Shown: in pieces, positions 13,847 to 27,316 of the stretch | Position numbering within the stretch: position 1 is the stretch's first letter | Layout: each line of letters opens with the position of its first letter | Source of the DNA: Tubiluchus corallicola | Lineage: Eukaryota > Animalia > Priapulida | DNA length: 64,000 bases | Assembly (NCBI GenBank): GCA_030141605.1 | Contig: JAQGDQ010000513.1 | Coordinates: forward strand, 94,534 to 158,533 | Direction of reading: 5' to 3' | Translations under genes and position numbers: made by a program | Notes under the pieces: model-generated | What the model was told of the DNA's origin: nothing | Database searches by the model: none | The model's input: only the letters and a program-made list of their open reading frames with translations

Positions 13847-14796
13847 GTTGGTGTTTTTATTCATCAGTCGTTTATATATTACAGCAGCTGAGTTTGTATT
13901 TTTGTTGAATTTGTCTTGGTGGTTTCCAACGCGTTTTTTAGGCGTGCACTTGGAAAAAAGACATTTGCTTGTGTATTCTCACGATCTTCTTCATGAGTGC
14001 AATTCATTACAGAATCATTTTTTCTGAGTATGGACTATTAACGTTAAGATTTCATTAGAATTTAAAGGTAGTTTACATTTTCATTAACTAAAGGCTTTTC
14101 ATACCTGTGGTCTAGACATGTTCTGTATTTTAGTTTGAATATTTTAGAAAGGTATTTGGGCAGATATGTGAAAAGATTACTGATCGTTATGAATTTCTTA
14201 ATGTTTCATATTTTAGCTACATGTGTCTACACCATTGGTTGGCGGATTGTCTTCGTCATTGTAATTATTTAGACTTGAACAGCTGAACTTGATTGAGCTA
14301 TAATTGATATATAAACGTGCTCACAATTGGGAAGTATTTAAAACGCGTTTGGCTAGTATAATCATGCTTTCATTAACGACGAGATTAATTGTTTACATTT
14401 TCGTTGTTTGCATATCAGGCTACGATAATTTTGATGAATTGCTTCTTTCATTAAAGAAAAGTGCTGCTGACAAGTTTAAGAATGAACGTGTTATTGGAAT
14501 GTCTTTTTTTAACACAAGATGTCAGTCTCTGTCCCGTCAGAAGATTCTGACGGCTACTTCCGAGTTCCGTGGTTAAAAACACATTTTGGGGGCAGGTGGT
14601 GCATATTTACTGCTGTAGAAACTAAGAAATATGTAAACAAACGCTTTTATCGCTTTTACGTTGTTTCCGCGCGTCGTATTTCCACTTCGGCTGATTTTTT
14701 AAACTTGAAGTTTTCTCAAATTCGCAAACGTTTGCCGATCGTCTAGATCTTTGCTGAAATTCAACTAGCGCTCGGCTGCTTCCGTGTTGCGCGGTG

Positions 14797-15078
14797 CGTA
14801 AAAGAGACGTGAATTCTCAGGTACTGATAAGCTGTGTTAGTTTCGTGGCAGTCTTATAATAATACTTCGTGAACTTGCAGTGCTACTGGGATTTGTAGAG
14901 TGTAGATAGCAATTAAATTACACACACACGCACGCACGCACGCACGTAAAAAGACGTGAATTATCAGGTACTGATAAGCTGTGTTAGTTTCGTGGCAGTC
15001 TTATAATAATACTTCGTGAACTTGCAGTGCTACTGGGATTTGTAGAGTGTAGATAGCAATTAAATTACACACACACAT
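14797..15078. repeat. Direct tandem duplication (~145-bp unit, 2 copies) ending in CA-rich tracts
   Basis: gacgtgaatt(c/a)tcaggtactgataagctgtgttagtttcgtggcagtc...agcaattaaattacacac present twice. Confidence 0.9.
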
Positions 15079-15528
15079 GCACACGCGCACACACTCACAC
15101 TCACGCACGCCCCCCCCACACACACACGTGCACACCCTCATATATAAGCATGTACTTATATTTAGAAACCAGTTTTCACAAAACACACAATACTAATCCA
15201 TAATATGCGATCATTTTATAAGAATGCAGAACAGTCAGCTAAACATACGTTTCATCAATGATCTAAAAGTGATTTTGCGTGGGAACGTACCTTACAGTAC
15301 AGTATTAAGGAATGCATCTGGCTTCAATTGCTAATTGGCTAGTTAGTGTTACTCGTTGTGAAGCAACACCAATCCCACGGCTGTTACATTTTCTACAATG
15401 TTTGCATGGTCATAGCAGTGAAATAAGCAGACCTGGATGACTGAGCTTAGTGTTCAGCTTGGGCAGCAGTCTACCACCTTCCGTCCCTTGCATGTCTTTA
15501 AACTGCAGGGTTAGTAGTATAAATATAT

Positions 15529-15655
15529 ACACACACACACGCACGCACGCGCACAAAAACACACACACAAACACACACACGCACACTCACACTCACACGC
15601 ACACACACACAAACACACACACACACACCCGCACACGTGCGCACACACACACACT

Positions 15656-15689
<34 letters not shown>

Positions 15690-15693
15690 CACA

Positions 15694-15727
<34 letters not shown>

Positions 15728-15749
15728 ACACACACACACACACACACAC
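15529..15749. repeat. Imperfect (CA)n microsatellite
   Basis: Direct observation; explains the His/Thr and Cys/Val ORFs. Confidence 0.95.
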
Positions 15750-15970
15750 GAGAGTCTATGTGCCAAGTGTAACGAAGTCGGTGTCGAATGCCATTTTCTT
15801 CTATTTTGCTCTAAACATAACACTGCTCGCAACTTCCTTGTAAATACAATCATACCTTCAATTTCAGACTTACTTTTTAAATACTGACGACAAAGTAACT
15901 TGTATGATGCAATTTCGCGATGTCACTATTCAATGTGCTGTAGCTAAGTTTGTTCGTATTTGTATGTAAA
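15750..15970 (+). mobile_element. LINE 3' fragment (C-terminal Cys/His motif)
   Basis: Translation LCAKCNEVGVECHFLLFCSKHNTARN resembles the C..C...E.E.HFL..C..Y...R end of non-LTR ORF2. Confidence 0.5.
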
Positions 15971-16012
15971 ATTTTGTTGTATGAATGCTTATTGTTCGAC
16001 CGGCCAATAGAA

Positions 16013-16197
16013 AAAAAAACACTGTTGCGTGTAGATTTTGAAATGAAATTTTTTTAAGTCAGTTCAAGTGCAGCACTATATATAGTATATTTGGCCCTAT
16101 TGGCCAAAAATCAATAAATTACTACTATATATAGTGCAGCACTTGAACTGACTTAAAAAATTTTATTTCAAAATCTACACGCAACAGTGTTTTTCTT
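16013..16197. repeat. Near-perfect inverted repeat (hairpin, ~75-bp arms)
   Basis: aaaaacactgttgcgtgtagattttgaaat...gcactatatatagta and its reverse complement at 16123-16197; ~35-nt loop. Confidence 0.95.
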
Positions 16198-16607
16198 CCT
16201 ACCTGCGTCATTGAAGCTACAAACGTCAAACTTGAGGGTCTTTACGCGTTCTTTCTGTGCATGGAATTTATTTCTCTTATCTGTTGAGGCGTCTTTAATG
16301 ATCAACTCATGATGGTAATATGTTCGGGGAGTAGGAAGGCGGCTTGCTTGTATTAGAAACACATGTTCCATACACGTGCACTGTTTTACGCATATGAACT
16401 TGGTAAGCTAAATTTTGGTGGCCTGGCGTGAGGCTTATGCTGTAAGCAATGGATGGTTTGAATTGTTGAACGTGTCTTGTTTCTAGTCAGCTTGTGTACT
16501 GTATGTCCGATTCTGTTGAAGCTTTGACGGTCAGTTCACTGTTACAGACATACCTTAGTGTTACGGGACTTTAATACAATTTTTTGGGTCTTCGCTGACG
16601 TTATTAA

Positions 16608-16884
16608 AGGAAGACAGAATGATTGTCATATACTACCTCATTTTCAAGTACAGTAAATAATAGATTAAAATCTAAATTAACAGCGGGCGAGTCCAATTAT
16701 TGATGACATCACAAACGAACACAATTTTCAGCAGCAAAAATATTCCACGAGCGCGTTGCACGTGTTCACGAAAGCAAAAAGCTAAAGTACAGTGCTACTG
16801 TAAGATATTCAGTGTTTTGTACTAAAATTCGGCAAGTTTTAAGATAAAAATTCAAATTTCAAATTTACCGCTGTGCTCACGCAT
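16608..16884 (-). mobile_element. Kolobok-type MITE family A, partial
   Basis: ttaa|aggaagac terminus; reverse complement of the family A right half. Confidence 0.75.
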
Positions 16885-17137
16885 TCGTCACGACCTACAA
16901 GCTCATTTCTTGCAAAGTTAATGGCTTCCATACAAAAATCATGAGAAGGGTTTACATTTGTCGGATTTGTTCGCATTTTCGTAAAAGTTTAGAAAACGCA
17001 ATTTAGAATATGCATTATGATGAACGGTACAACAACGTGAATCGCGTCCATTAAATGGATTTACCTTATACACGTTGTGGGTTTCTTTTTCATATTTAAA
17101 GGAAGACCAGATGAAGAAAGCTACAAACTGATGTTAA

Positions 17138-17724
17138 AGAAAGGATGATGTTTCATATATTACCGGTAATCAAGTCCGGTAAAAAGTATACATTTTAACA
17201 CCAATAATGCTGCAAAACGTTTCTGGTAAATAAATAATAGATTAAGAACTTAATTAACCGCAGGTGAGTCCAACTATTGATCACATCACAAACTATTATA
17301 ATTTTCAACAGCAAAAATATTCCACGAGCGTGTCGAACGAGTTTGTGAAAAAGAAAATTGAAGTACATTGCTACTGTGAGATATTCACTGTGTTGTATTA
17401 AAACTAGGCAAGTTTAACATAAAAATTCAAATTTACCGCTGTGCTCACGCATGAGCTGTCGAACGTGTGCAGTACGTCATAAACTAAGACATCCGAATTG
17501 AGAGGTACAGCACCTGTTTTTGTGCAATGCGTTTCCGAAATACACGTTTAACTAGCGAATGGCGAAACGCATGTAACAGAGAAGTACTAGTGGCGTGAAC
17601 GTGAAATTGTGCTTGTGTGGTAATAATTCACGTAAGTAATTTTTGAAAAAATAGTAAACATCTTTCAATATTTTAAACCGTATGTTGTTTTGACCTACAG
17701 TGTAAAATTGGGTCTGGTTTTGCT
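17138..17724 (-). mobile_element. Kolobok-type MITE family A
   Basis: Full-length reverse-complement homologue of 34989-35601. Confidence 0.8.
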
Positions 17725-20616
17725 TTATCAGTGTTCTTATATGCTCAGATTATGAGAGGCCCCTACTTTCTGTAGTAGAACGACCAATTAATTGCTAATT
17801 AAGACTACTTTTTCACTCACCATAGGCTACTAATTGGTATCCACATTCTAAACTGCGTCTAATTCCGAAGCTTCATTTGGCTCAATTCAATTTTTCTTCA
17901 GTTCATTGCTGAAGTTTTAACAATTTGGTGGTTAAATTTGAGTAGTTTTCATTAGTTAGCGACGAAATTTGAAAAGTTTAACACTTCTGAGTTTAATAGC
18001 TTAATATCTAGTTTTAATATTTCATTTACTTTTTCAACAACGAAGTCACAGTTTAATGACGAAGCTCTTGTTAGTCTGATGCTAAATGCTTCATTAATTT
18101 GGCAGCTTAAGTTGCTTAAATTTTCACCCATCTTAAAGCAAAACCGGATCCAATCTCAAATTGTATTATGTGCTTTCATTTTTGTGAAGTCTGTTGTTTC
18201 TCTTCTAACTGTGTCACGAAGATTCACGGCATCATATTTATTCTCCTGTAGTATTTTTTTACTTAGCAGATAACCGAGTGAGCTAGAGTTATCGATATTT
18301 TCAAGCAGGGATGAGAATATTACGCGGATACGCGGAATTCCGAGTTTTTGGAAGACCAGTAGTGCCATTTTTGTAAATCGCGTAAATTCGTTGAGAAAAC
18401 TTTTACGGACCCAGTACATTATTTCGCAAGCTGACCGCTAGTTGGCAGGCCGTCACTTTGTTTACATCACGTACATCAGTGTAACCACGTGTATATCTCT
18501 ATGTATAAAAATATAGAATCAATTGTGCGGAGTTATTTGAGTCAATTGCAGACAGTTTTTATATACTTTTGCATAGGAGCGGCCAGTACTTAGGTGTTTT
18601 TGAGACAATTAGGTATCATTTGTCCTTGATAGTTGGGTATTTTAAATTATGCATGAAACAAGGTAATTGATATTTTAAATCCACTTAGAGATCCACTCTA
18701 TGGTCACAAAATTGCAATTTGTTGCTGGCTCCAAGGGGGCTCCCTTGAACCCCATTGGGGGTCTAGGTGGCCCCAAAACCCCCAACCTGTTTCAGAGTTT
18801 TTTGCAATTTGTCATTCTCATCCCTGTTCAAGTTTTACAGATCCACGTTAAACTTAATCATTCGTCGGAATATCCCGTAGGAGTGTGCCATCCCACGCTC
18901 TTTCAAGTGGTTTTTAAGATGATCTGCCGCTGTTCACGTGTACTTCAGTTGCATTCCAAACTTATGTTACGGAATATCTTGTGGCCAGCTTGATTATGTC
19001 TTCCATTCTTTCCGATGAACCGAAGAACTTGTTTGTGTTTGCAGAGTTTTCGTTTGTTTTGATAAGTCAATGACTTCTCCCTGTAAACTTGAAATTAGAA
19101 CCGTAAACGAAGCCCTTGGTCAGTTTCGTGAGTCCTGGTGAAGTGAATGGTAAAATTATGTAACATTGCGACGTCGAAAGCTGTAGAAAAATATATAGCA
19201 GACTGCGTAAAGTGAACCACTTGTAGAAAACTTTAGCTAATAGCATAGAAGGATTGAATTTGTAGGGTAGTTTAAAGTATATTAGACTGAAGTTAGTGTA
19301 GACTGTTGTAGGCAGGTTCACTCTGGTGGTTGATACAAAGAATATGAAATTGCGTTGAACTGTGAAAGACTTAATTTCTATTTACATATTGCACTATTAT
19401 TTACGGGAGAGAACAGACATGGTGACCATTCAACATCAATACTCAAGAAGAAAAAACCCCAGCTGGCCTTGGCAGAGCTACCCAAGTCACATGCACCCAC
19501 TGAGCTTACCTGATTGGCTAGTAAAACACACTAGCAATCAACACTACCATACATGGGAAACCCAGCAGGTACAGGTGACTGAGCAGCACTGACCAAGGCC
19601 ATAACCTGGATTAAACTTGACTCAATTCAATAATAAATAATGTTAAATGCAGGTGGCAGCACATTAAGTTATTATTCTAGTAGTTTCTAAGTTAGGAATC
19701 GCAAATGAAATGTGCGACACCAATTACTTTAGAGCCGAATTCTGAAGCTGACTGTTACTTGTTAAGATGTGTACTGTTTCGTCACTTTATTTCAACGTGA
19801 TTTAATCACCGGTCCAACGTATACCTTGTTGATTGGGATACTAATTTTCTTGATTTCCTGTTGATGAGCGTGGCTAAGCTGATTACGCTATCTATAACTG
19901 TAGGCGTTTGTGCTTTGATCAAATATCGATTAGTAAAGGAAACATTGGCTTTCCGGAGGCGTTATTATGGAGATTTCGCCTGCTGTATTAAGAGAGGTTG
20001 ATGGATGGGTAGCTGTCATCTCCAAACTGCTAACGAATGCGGCTAATCAAATTATGGGCAAGTAACGACCTAATAATAATGTTATTTTGTTGTGGTACGT
20101 GTATCCATGTGAGAGTTTGCATCATTAATTCCGCTGTATGACATGAACAACAAGAAACCTTTTTACACCGCACGTGTCATTTAATGTACAGTAGCGTTAC
20201 AGTATCAATATAAGGACGTATTTAGTTAGTGAATCTTAATTAAAAAACATCTATTACCGTACAGTCAATAAATTACTCCAATACGAAATAATATTTAAAA
20301 AAAAATTTTATTCTAATTTAAACGCTGGCTGCTTTTTTGCGATTTTTATAGCTTTTGGTTTTAAAAATCAACTTTATTGTTACATATTTTACAATGTTAA
20401 AGGTGATCAAACTTCAGACTCACAGCAGTAGCATGTAAGACTCATTTATCTTAAAAGAAGTGCAAACTAATGTTATGTAAAAAAAAGTTTAAGAATATTC
20501 ATTGGTATAGTGACAATATAATGATCTAGATGTCACAATCAAATGTCGGAACTTTCAAAGCTAAAGGATAAGCAGATAAACTTCAAAGTTTCGTTGTGCG
20601 CATGCGCATTTACTGC

Positions 20617-20920
20617 AGGTCAAAGGTTAAGTGTGCCACAGCAACGCGTCTCTAAACAAATGTCATGTAACATGTGGGTAAAGCAAAGCCGTCTGCCGCT
20701 TCAGTTCAGCAACTTCAGTTGTTTTACGTGGACTTTACTTAGTTATACATTAGTCTGCGCGTAGAGTGGTTTACTAGCAGGATCTTGCTTGGGAACAAGA
20801 AAAATGAACTAGGTAAGGTTCTAGCTAGCTGTTAAAACTGCTACTATTACAACGGAATGGGCTGCAAGGCGTTGTCAAGTGTACACAAGTGCGTTGTCTG
20901 GTACACTTAACCTTTGACCT
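20617..20920. mobile_element. Repeat family C segment bounded by ~30-bp inverted repeats
   Basis: aggtcaaaggttaagtgtgcca...gcaacgc / gcgttgtctggtacacttaacctttgacct; inverted copy at 40978-41213. Homology extends a little beyond the IR, so it may be internal to a larger element. Confidence 0.75.
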
Positions 20921-21879
20921 TTTCACCAATTGCATTTCAATTGCTGGAACCGTGAAAACACTTATGCTTGATAAGTCAGCTCACGTTTCCGGATTGCAAA
21001 TTTGCAATAATCGCGAATTTTGAATGATGGACAAAGTTAGTTCTGCAAGGATGAAGAAGAAAAAGCTGCCGCGATGGCTTCATTGTGAGCGCGTATTGAT
21101 TGGGTAAATTTCGTGCGTGTTCTATGACTTAATTCCGTTGGACTCGTCATACCGCGAAATTCGTCTGAATCGTCAGAGCCGGGGGAATTCTCAATAGTTT
21201 GCTGTCAAACATGTTCACCCAGTTATAATCAGTGTTCGCAGAAGTACTATGGAAATTCTCGCGTGTAGCTCGAGTACTGTCGTAACTGATTACGTATCAA
21301 CCACCATCCCATTCGTGTTAAATACCATTTACGCTATGAGCGTCTCGCATTTCCTTTTATTTGAGGACATCCGGACAAGGAAGCCACAATTCGCGCATGC
21401 GCTTTATTTTCTTAGTATTATTTTATCACAGCATTCAATTAATATCAACCTGTCAGAAAGACATCAGCTTCTTTTGAAGTGTTTACATTCGTAGAAATCT
21501 AGAAATGCTTTGCAGTCGTCTTTATACTCATCGGTTGAAGTGGCCTAAAAGCAATGTTATATTTTATTTATATCTTTATTTCAGTACAAAAATGTCATAT
21601 AAATGTCACTCATTATTTCATATGTCATATAAATGTCACGCAGTACAGGATAAAAGACATATTTACAGTTATAAGTGGTAGTAAAATAGGTATATAATAC
21701 GCTGCAAAAGTAATATAAAAACAGCACACACGTAATGAAACGTATAGTGTGGTTAATACAAGATTCTAATATTTGATAATCACAGAATGTAAAACGACAG
21801 TAGGATTAGCGAGAAATTTCTTTCAGGTGTAGACATTCGTTTAAATGCACGCATGCTGAAATACGTGTCATCACTTTAA

Positions 21880-22039
21880 AGGAAAAGAGCATGATTTTTC
21901 ACAACCTGCTGCGATATCGAAGTACGGTATGATTACCCCCCATAGCGAGCTGAACTAGTGATGATCACAATATTCAACAGCACAAACATTCCACGAGCGT
22001 GTTGCACTTGTTTGCGAAAGCGAAAATTGAAGTACAGCG

Positions 22040-22043
<4 letters not shown>
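21880..22043 (-). mobile_element. Kolobok-type MITE family A, degenerate fragment
   Basis: ttaa|aggaaaag terminus and ttccacgagcgtgttgcac...ttgaagtacagcgctg core. Confidence 0.6.

Positions 22044-22088
<45 letters not shown>
22044..22088. repeat. (TA)n microsatellite
   Basis: Direct observation. Confidence 0.95.
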
Positions 22089-22090
<2 letters not shown>

Positions 22091-22515
22091 AAATTACGTT
22101 AATCAAATGTATTGTTGTACAATAAGCTATATCATACGACGTATCTATACGATGATATGTCTTCCTAGCACTGAAGAGCTGTACATTTAACTACCTGGAT
22201 GAATAATAGCCTGTCTGCACTACTAGAAACTGCATTGTAAATTATGCATGCCTGGTAATAGAATTTACATCCCCTGCGCAATTGCTTTGTTGTTATGGGA
22301 ATGGGATTTATATGACATGATAATTACTAGACGTAATACTCGATAAACACTCTACTCAAGGGGCTATCTAGTTGCATGTGCATTTTCAATTAGCTGCTCT
22401 CTTGTCAACTTCCCTGGCACAAGCGTAGCAGCTGAGTAGAACGAATATTAAACGAAAAACGAGGCGTCTTAAGGTAAAGGTAAAAAAATGAATTCATGCC
22501 TTTTAAGGAGTTTAA

Positions 22516-23178
22516 AACACAAGAAAACCCTCTGCTTTCATAAAGCTTGAAATTTTATACCACTTACGCAGCCTTTTTGCATGCAGGGCTTGCGTCGGCA
22601 ATAACGCTGTATAAAACTTGTAAATTTAAGCTCTCGTGATGACCGTTAGGCGCAACCATTTTGACGGTCAGTCATTTTAAACAAGTTAAAATAACATTGC
22701 GAAAGTTTGAAAAAAAATCTGAACATTCGTAGCGCACACGTCGCTAATTAAGTAAAATTTAAAGTTACTGTATTTTTGTCAATAAGATTAAAAATACGTT
22801 TTTTGGTTAGTGAGTGGTGCACCCTGGAGGTGAGTTAGCAACATTTTACAAATTGCTGAAAACATTTTAAATAGTTAATAATTTTCTTTTCTAATTACAT
22901 AACTCTTTCCGGCAGGTTAGCGAAATGCTAAGTAACATAATTTTGCGTAGGAAGTTTTTTGGGACATAGTTTAGCAGCATTTCCTTTTCTTCCCTTGATT
23001 AAGGTGTGCGTATATGACGTCATGTAATGGCGCCCTCGGAACAACATTGCGGGAGATTTAAAATGAAAACAAAAATCCTTTCAACATGAGTACAACATAC
23101 TCATAAAAATGCTGTAAAGTAATATATTTTTAAGGTGATTTTTCTGAAACCTACTTCAGGTACTCCTTTTCTTGTCCT
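22516..23178 (-). mobile_element. Kolobok-type MITE family B
   Basis: Termini ttaa|aacacaagaaaa and ttttcttgtcct; reverse complement of 27317-27975. Confidence 0.82.
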
Positions 23179-23374
23179 GTAAAGATTTATGATATAAACT
23201 CCGCGTACGGCTTCAAATGCACAGAACGCTGAATCTGAAAAGCTCTCTAAATTAGCAAAAATTAAAGAAATATATAAGGCGTAGGAAATTTACGCGTTGA
23301 AGAAATAAGAGTGTTGTGGTAAGACTAAGTAAAACGGAAAGTTTGCTTAGTGCGGCACATTATTTCAGCTAGTT

Positions 23375-23620
23375 ACTTCTCTTTTCTAGTTACAAAAGTT
23401 TCCAGCAGGTAAGCGAAATACTAAGCAATATAGATTCGCATGGGAAGTTTTTTTGAACATAATTTAACATTTCCGTTTCTTCCCCTGATTTACGGTATTG
23501 AGGAGATTCCGTAAATTCCTTTCAACGCGAGTACGATATATGCATATATTGTTTTAAAATAATGTAATTTTTTAAAGCAATTTTTCTGAAACCTGCTTCA
23601 GGTACCCCTTTTCTTATCGT
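23375..23620 (-). mobile_element. Kolobok-type MITE family B, partial
   Basis: Ends in cttcaggtaccccttttcttatcgt|ttaa; homologous to the family B left half. Confidence 0.7.
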
Positions 23621-24553
23621 TTAAAAGCCAAAAACACATTTGAGCTTTTTAACAATTCTGACTTTATAAAAAGCTGGTACAAATTCATTGAAGGTTGAAG
23701 TATTTAGGTTTACTATTGCTGCTGCTTCGTTGCCAAATTATTACTAAGCATTTGTTGAGTGTGCAAAAGCTGATTTTGTTTTGTTTGAGGTTTGTTTGTT
23801 TGTTTGCAAGTTGATTTATTGATTTATTTGCTTTTATTATTTGCTGAAACTTCGTTCTTTGCAGGCATTATTGGTGTTAAAGATGAACAGTAGTTTAGCT
23901 TAAACACGTTTTTATTGAATAACAAGGACTACAATACGCCTTGAGCTGGCAGTTTTAACTACTGATGAATGTTCTCACCAATGAAACGTAGAGTGTTGAG
24001 AATTGCATCAATATTATTAGAGTATTAGTTTTACGTAATTATGATGTCAAATGCAGAAGCCCAGGTTCGTTTTGGATAAACTAGTAAGTGTTATTCAAAG
24101 TATTTAGTTTAAGCATTAAGAAATATTGCAATATTGCTTGAACAGACAGTTTTTAACAACTGATAAATGTTTTCACCAATGAAACGTAACACTTAGTAGA
24201 GTGCAGACAATAGACAAACAGTAGAAGCATTATAGTATGACTACTAGAAGTATAGACACATACATACATAATGCTGAGAAAGACATTAATATTACTATGT
24301 AAACATTGTAAACTAATAGAATGGTTAGAAGCGCTTAGCAAAAAAATACAAATTTCTGTTCAAACTTAAATACTTGGATATTAATAGTTATGTTTAAGTT
24401 TTGATTGCCATGACGAAGCAGATAAACGAGTTCATTTGTTGACAGATTATAAATTCTAATATTATGAGGAATTATTCATTTCAAGAATGAAGAAGCTTTA
24501 CGTGACAGTTAAAACTGGTGATATACTTGCACGTATATATATAGCTTAATAAT

Positions 24554-25833
24554 TATGTTGTTACGTTACGTTACGTTACGTTACGTTACGTTGTGATGTT
24601 GTGTTGTGTTGTATTGTATTGTGTTGTGTTGTGTTATGTTATGTTATGTTATGTTACGTTATGTTATGTTATGTTATGTTATGTTATGTTATGTTATGTT
24701 ATGTTATGTTATGTTATGTTATGTTATGTTATGTTATCTTTTATTTTCTTATGTTATGTTATGTTATCTTTTGTTTTATTATGTTATGTTATGTTATGTT
24801 ATGTTATGTTATGTTATGTTATGTTGTGTTATGTTATGTTATGTTATGTTATGTTATGTTATGTTATGTTATGTTATGTTATGTTATGTTATGTTATGTT
24901 ATGTTATGTTATGTTTTGTTTTATTATGTTATGTTATGTTATGTTATGTTATGTTATGTTATGTTATGTTATGTTATGTTATGTTATGTTATGTTATGTT
25001 ATGTTATGTTATGTTATGTTATGTTATGTTATGTTATGTTATGTTATGTTATGTTATGTTATGTTATGTTTTATTATGTTGTGTTGTGTTGTGTTGTGTT
25101 GTGTTGTGTTGTGTTGTGTTGTGTTGTGGTGTGGTGTGGTGTGGTGTGGTGTGGTGTGGTGTGGTGTGGTGTGGTGTGGTGTGGTGTGGTGTGGTGTGGT
25201 GTGGTGTGGTGTGGTGTGGTGTTGTGTTGTGTTATGTTATCTTATCTTATCTCATGTTAAGTTGTGTTGTGATGCGATGCCATGCTATACTATGCTATGT
25301 TATGCTATGCTATGCTATGCTATGTTATGTTATGTTAAGTTATGTTGTTACATTACGTTACGTTACGTAATGTTGTGTTGTGTTGTGTTGTGATGTTGTG
25401 TTGTGATGTTGTGTTGTGTTGTGTTGTGTTGTGTTGTGTTATGTTATGTTGTGTTGTGTTGTGTTGTGTTGTGTTGTGTTGTGTTGTGATGTGATGTGAT
25501 GTGATGTGGAGTGGTGTGGTGTGGTGTTGTGTTGTGTTATGTTATGTTATCTTATGTTAAGTTGTGTTATGATGCGATGCGATGCTATACTATGCTATGT
25601 TATGTTATGCTATGCTATGCTATGCTACGCGATGCTATGCTATGCTATGCTATGCTATGCTATGCTATGCTATGCTATGCTATGCTATGCTATGCTATGC
25701 TATGCTATGCTATGCTATGCTATGCTATGCTATGCTATGCTATGTTATGTTATGTTATGTTATGTTATGTTATGTTATGTTATGTTATGTTATGTTATGT
25801 TATGTTATGTTATGTTATGTTATGTTATGTTAT
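24554..25833. repeat. Compound pentanucleotide microsatellite (TTATG/TTGTG/GTGGT/CTATG/TTACG)
   Basis: Direct observation; explains the CYVML-repeat ORFs. Confidence 0.98.
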
Positions 25834-26018
25834 CAGTCCGGGTCAGAAATTAAAGACAGTAATCCCAAAATTGATTCTTCATAAATCCAAATTCAGAAAG
25901 AAATGACTAATTTTCAGTTCTTGTCTTCCGGGAAATCACCTGCGTTGGAAGTTTTCGTTTTCGTTTAGTTTTGCAATGCGACCTTTCGAATTTTTTCTCA
26001 GTTAATACGATACACTAA

Positions 26019-26625
26019 AGGAAAACCGGACCCAATGTTAAATTGTAGATCAAAATAATCTACTTGTTAACATATTGAAAGAAAAAAGTCACTATTTTTT
26101 CAAAAATGATTTACGTGAAAGAATTAGTACCACACAAACACAATTTTGCGTTCGCGTCACTTTTTGCTGTTACATGCATTTTGCCTTTCGCTAGTTAAAC
26201 GGGCACTAGCGCCTGCATTTCAAAAACGCATTACACAAAAACAGGTACTGTACCTGTCAGTTCGGAAATGTTAGTTTGTGACGAACTACACACGTTCGAC
26301 AGCTCATGCGGCAAATTTGAAATTTCAATTTTTATCTTAAAACTTGCCTAGTTTTAGTACAACACACTGAATATCTCACAGTAGCGCTGTACTTCAATTT
26401 TCGCTTTTGCAAACACGTGTAATACGCTCGTGGAATATTTTTGCAGTTGAAAATTATGTTAGTTTGTGACGTTATCAATAGTTGGGCTCGCCTGCCATTA
26501 ATTAAGATTTTAATCTATTATTTAATGATCGGAAGTCCTCTTGCAGTATTATTGGTGTTAAAATGTGCACTTTTTACCGTACTTGAAAACGAGGTAGTGT
26601 ATATGAAAAATCATCCTATCTTCCT
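26019..26625 (+). mobile_element. Kolobok-type MITE family A
   Basis: aggaaaacc ... atcttcct|ttaa; homologous to 34989-35601. Confidence 0.82.
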
Positions 26626-27316
26626 TTAATTGTTTTATGACAAATTATTATTTCTTTAGGTCAAAGTACGAGATTTTTTCGGGCATTTTGATAAATTATT
26701 GATTTTTTGGACTGTTTTCTTTACTTCACCTATCTCGGTTGCGTTGGCGCATGCGCGTGCGAGAGAGATCTGTGCTTTTGACCGCAGTTTCTCTTCCGTA
26801 GAACAACCCAAGTGTATAATGATTCACTTCATCCAGTCTTACATGATCTAGTGACTGTCATATGCCGTCATTTGTTCTCTAGAGAAATGACACTAATTTT
26901 TGAAATTTTAGTGTGACAATATCGTAGATATTATCTGTAGAAACTCTACCGTCTTTTGTTTTCATCAAAATCTTGAGGAAATAAAAAAAGTAGCAGCAGT
27001 TAAACAACAGTTATTCTGTCACTGATTAGTCTTAGAATGGTAGGAATTAAATAGCGTAAACATCTCTACGTTTGTAGCTGAAATGTGCTACACTAAGCAA
27101 ACTTTCTGTTTTACTTACTTAGTCTTACCACAACGCTCTTATTTCTTGAACGCGTAAATTTCAAATGCCAAATATATCTTTCTAATTTATGCTAATTTAG
27201 AGAGCTTTTGAGATTCAGCGTTCAGTGCATTTGAAGCCGTACGCGGAGTTTATATCATAAATCTTTAATCTCATGCTCTCTGCTACGTACACGGAATTTG
27301 TGTCATAAATCTTTAA

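Noticed and set aside
15450-15887. His/Thr- and Cys/Val-rich ORFs (also 39042-39504)
   Set aside because: Products of (CA)n microsatellites.
23865-23895. Acceptor-like ttctttgcag at 23864
   Set aside because: The phase-1 frame hits TAG within ten codons and I found no convincing donor.
24593-25906. Long CYVML-repeat ORFs up to 266 aa
   Set aside because: Stop-free pentamer microsatellite, open in all three frames.
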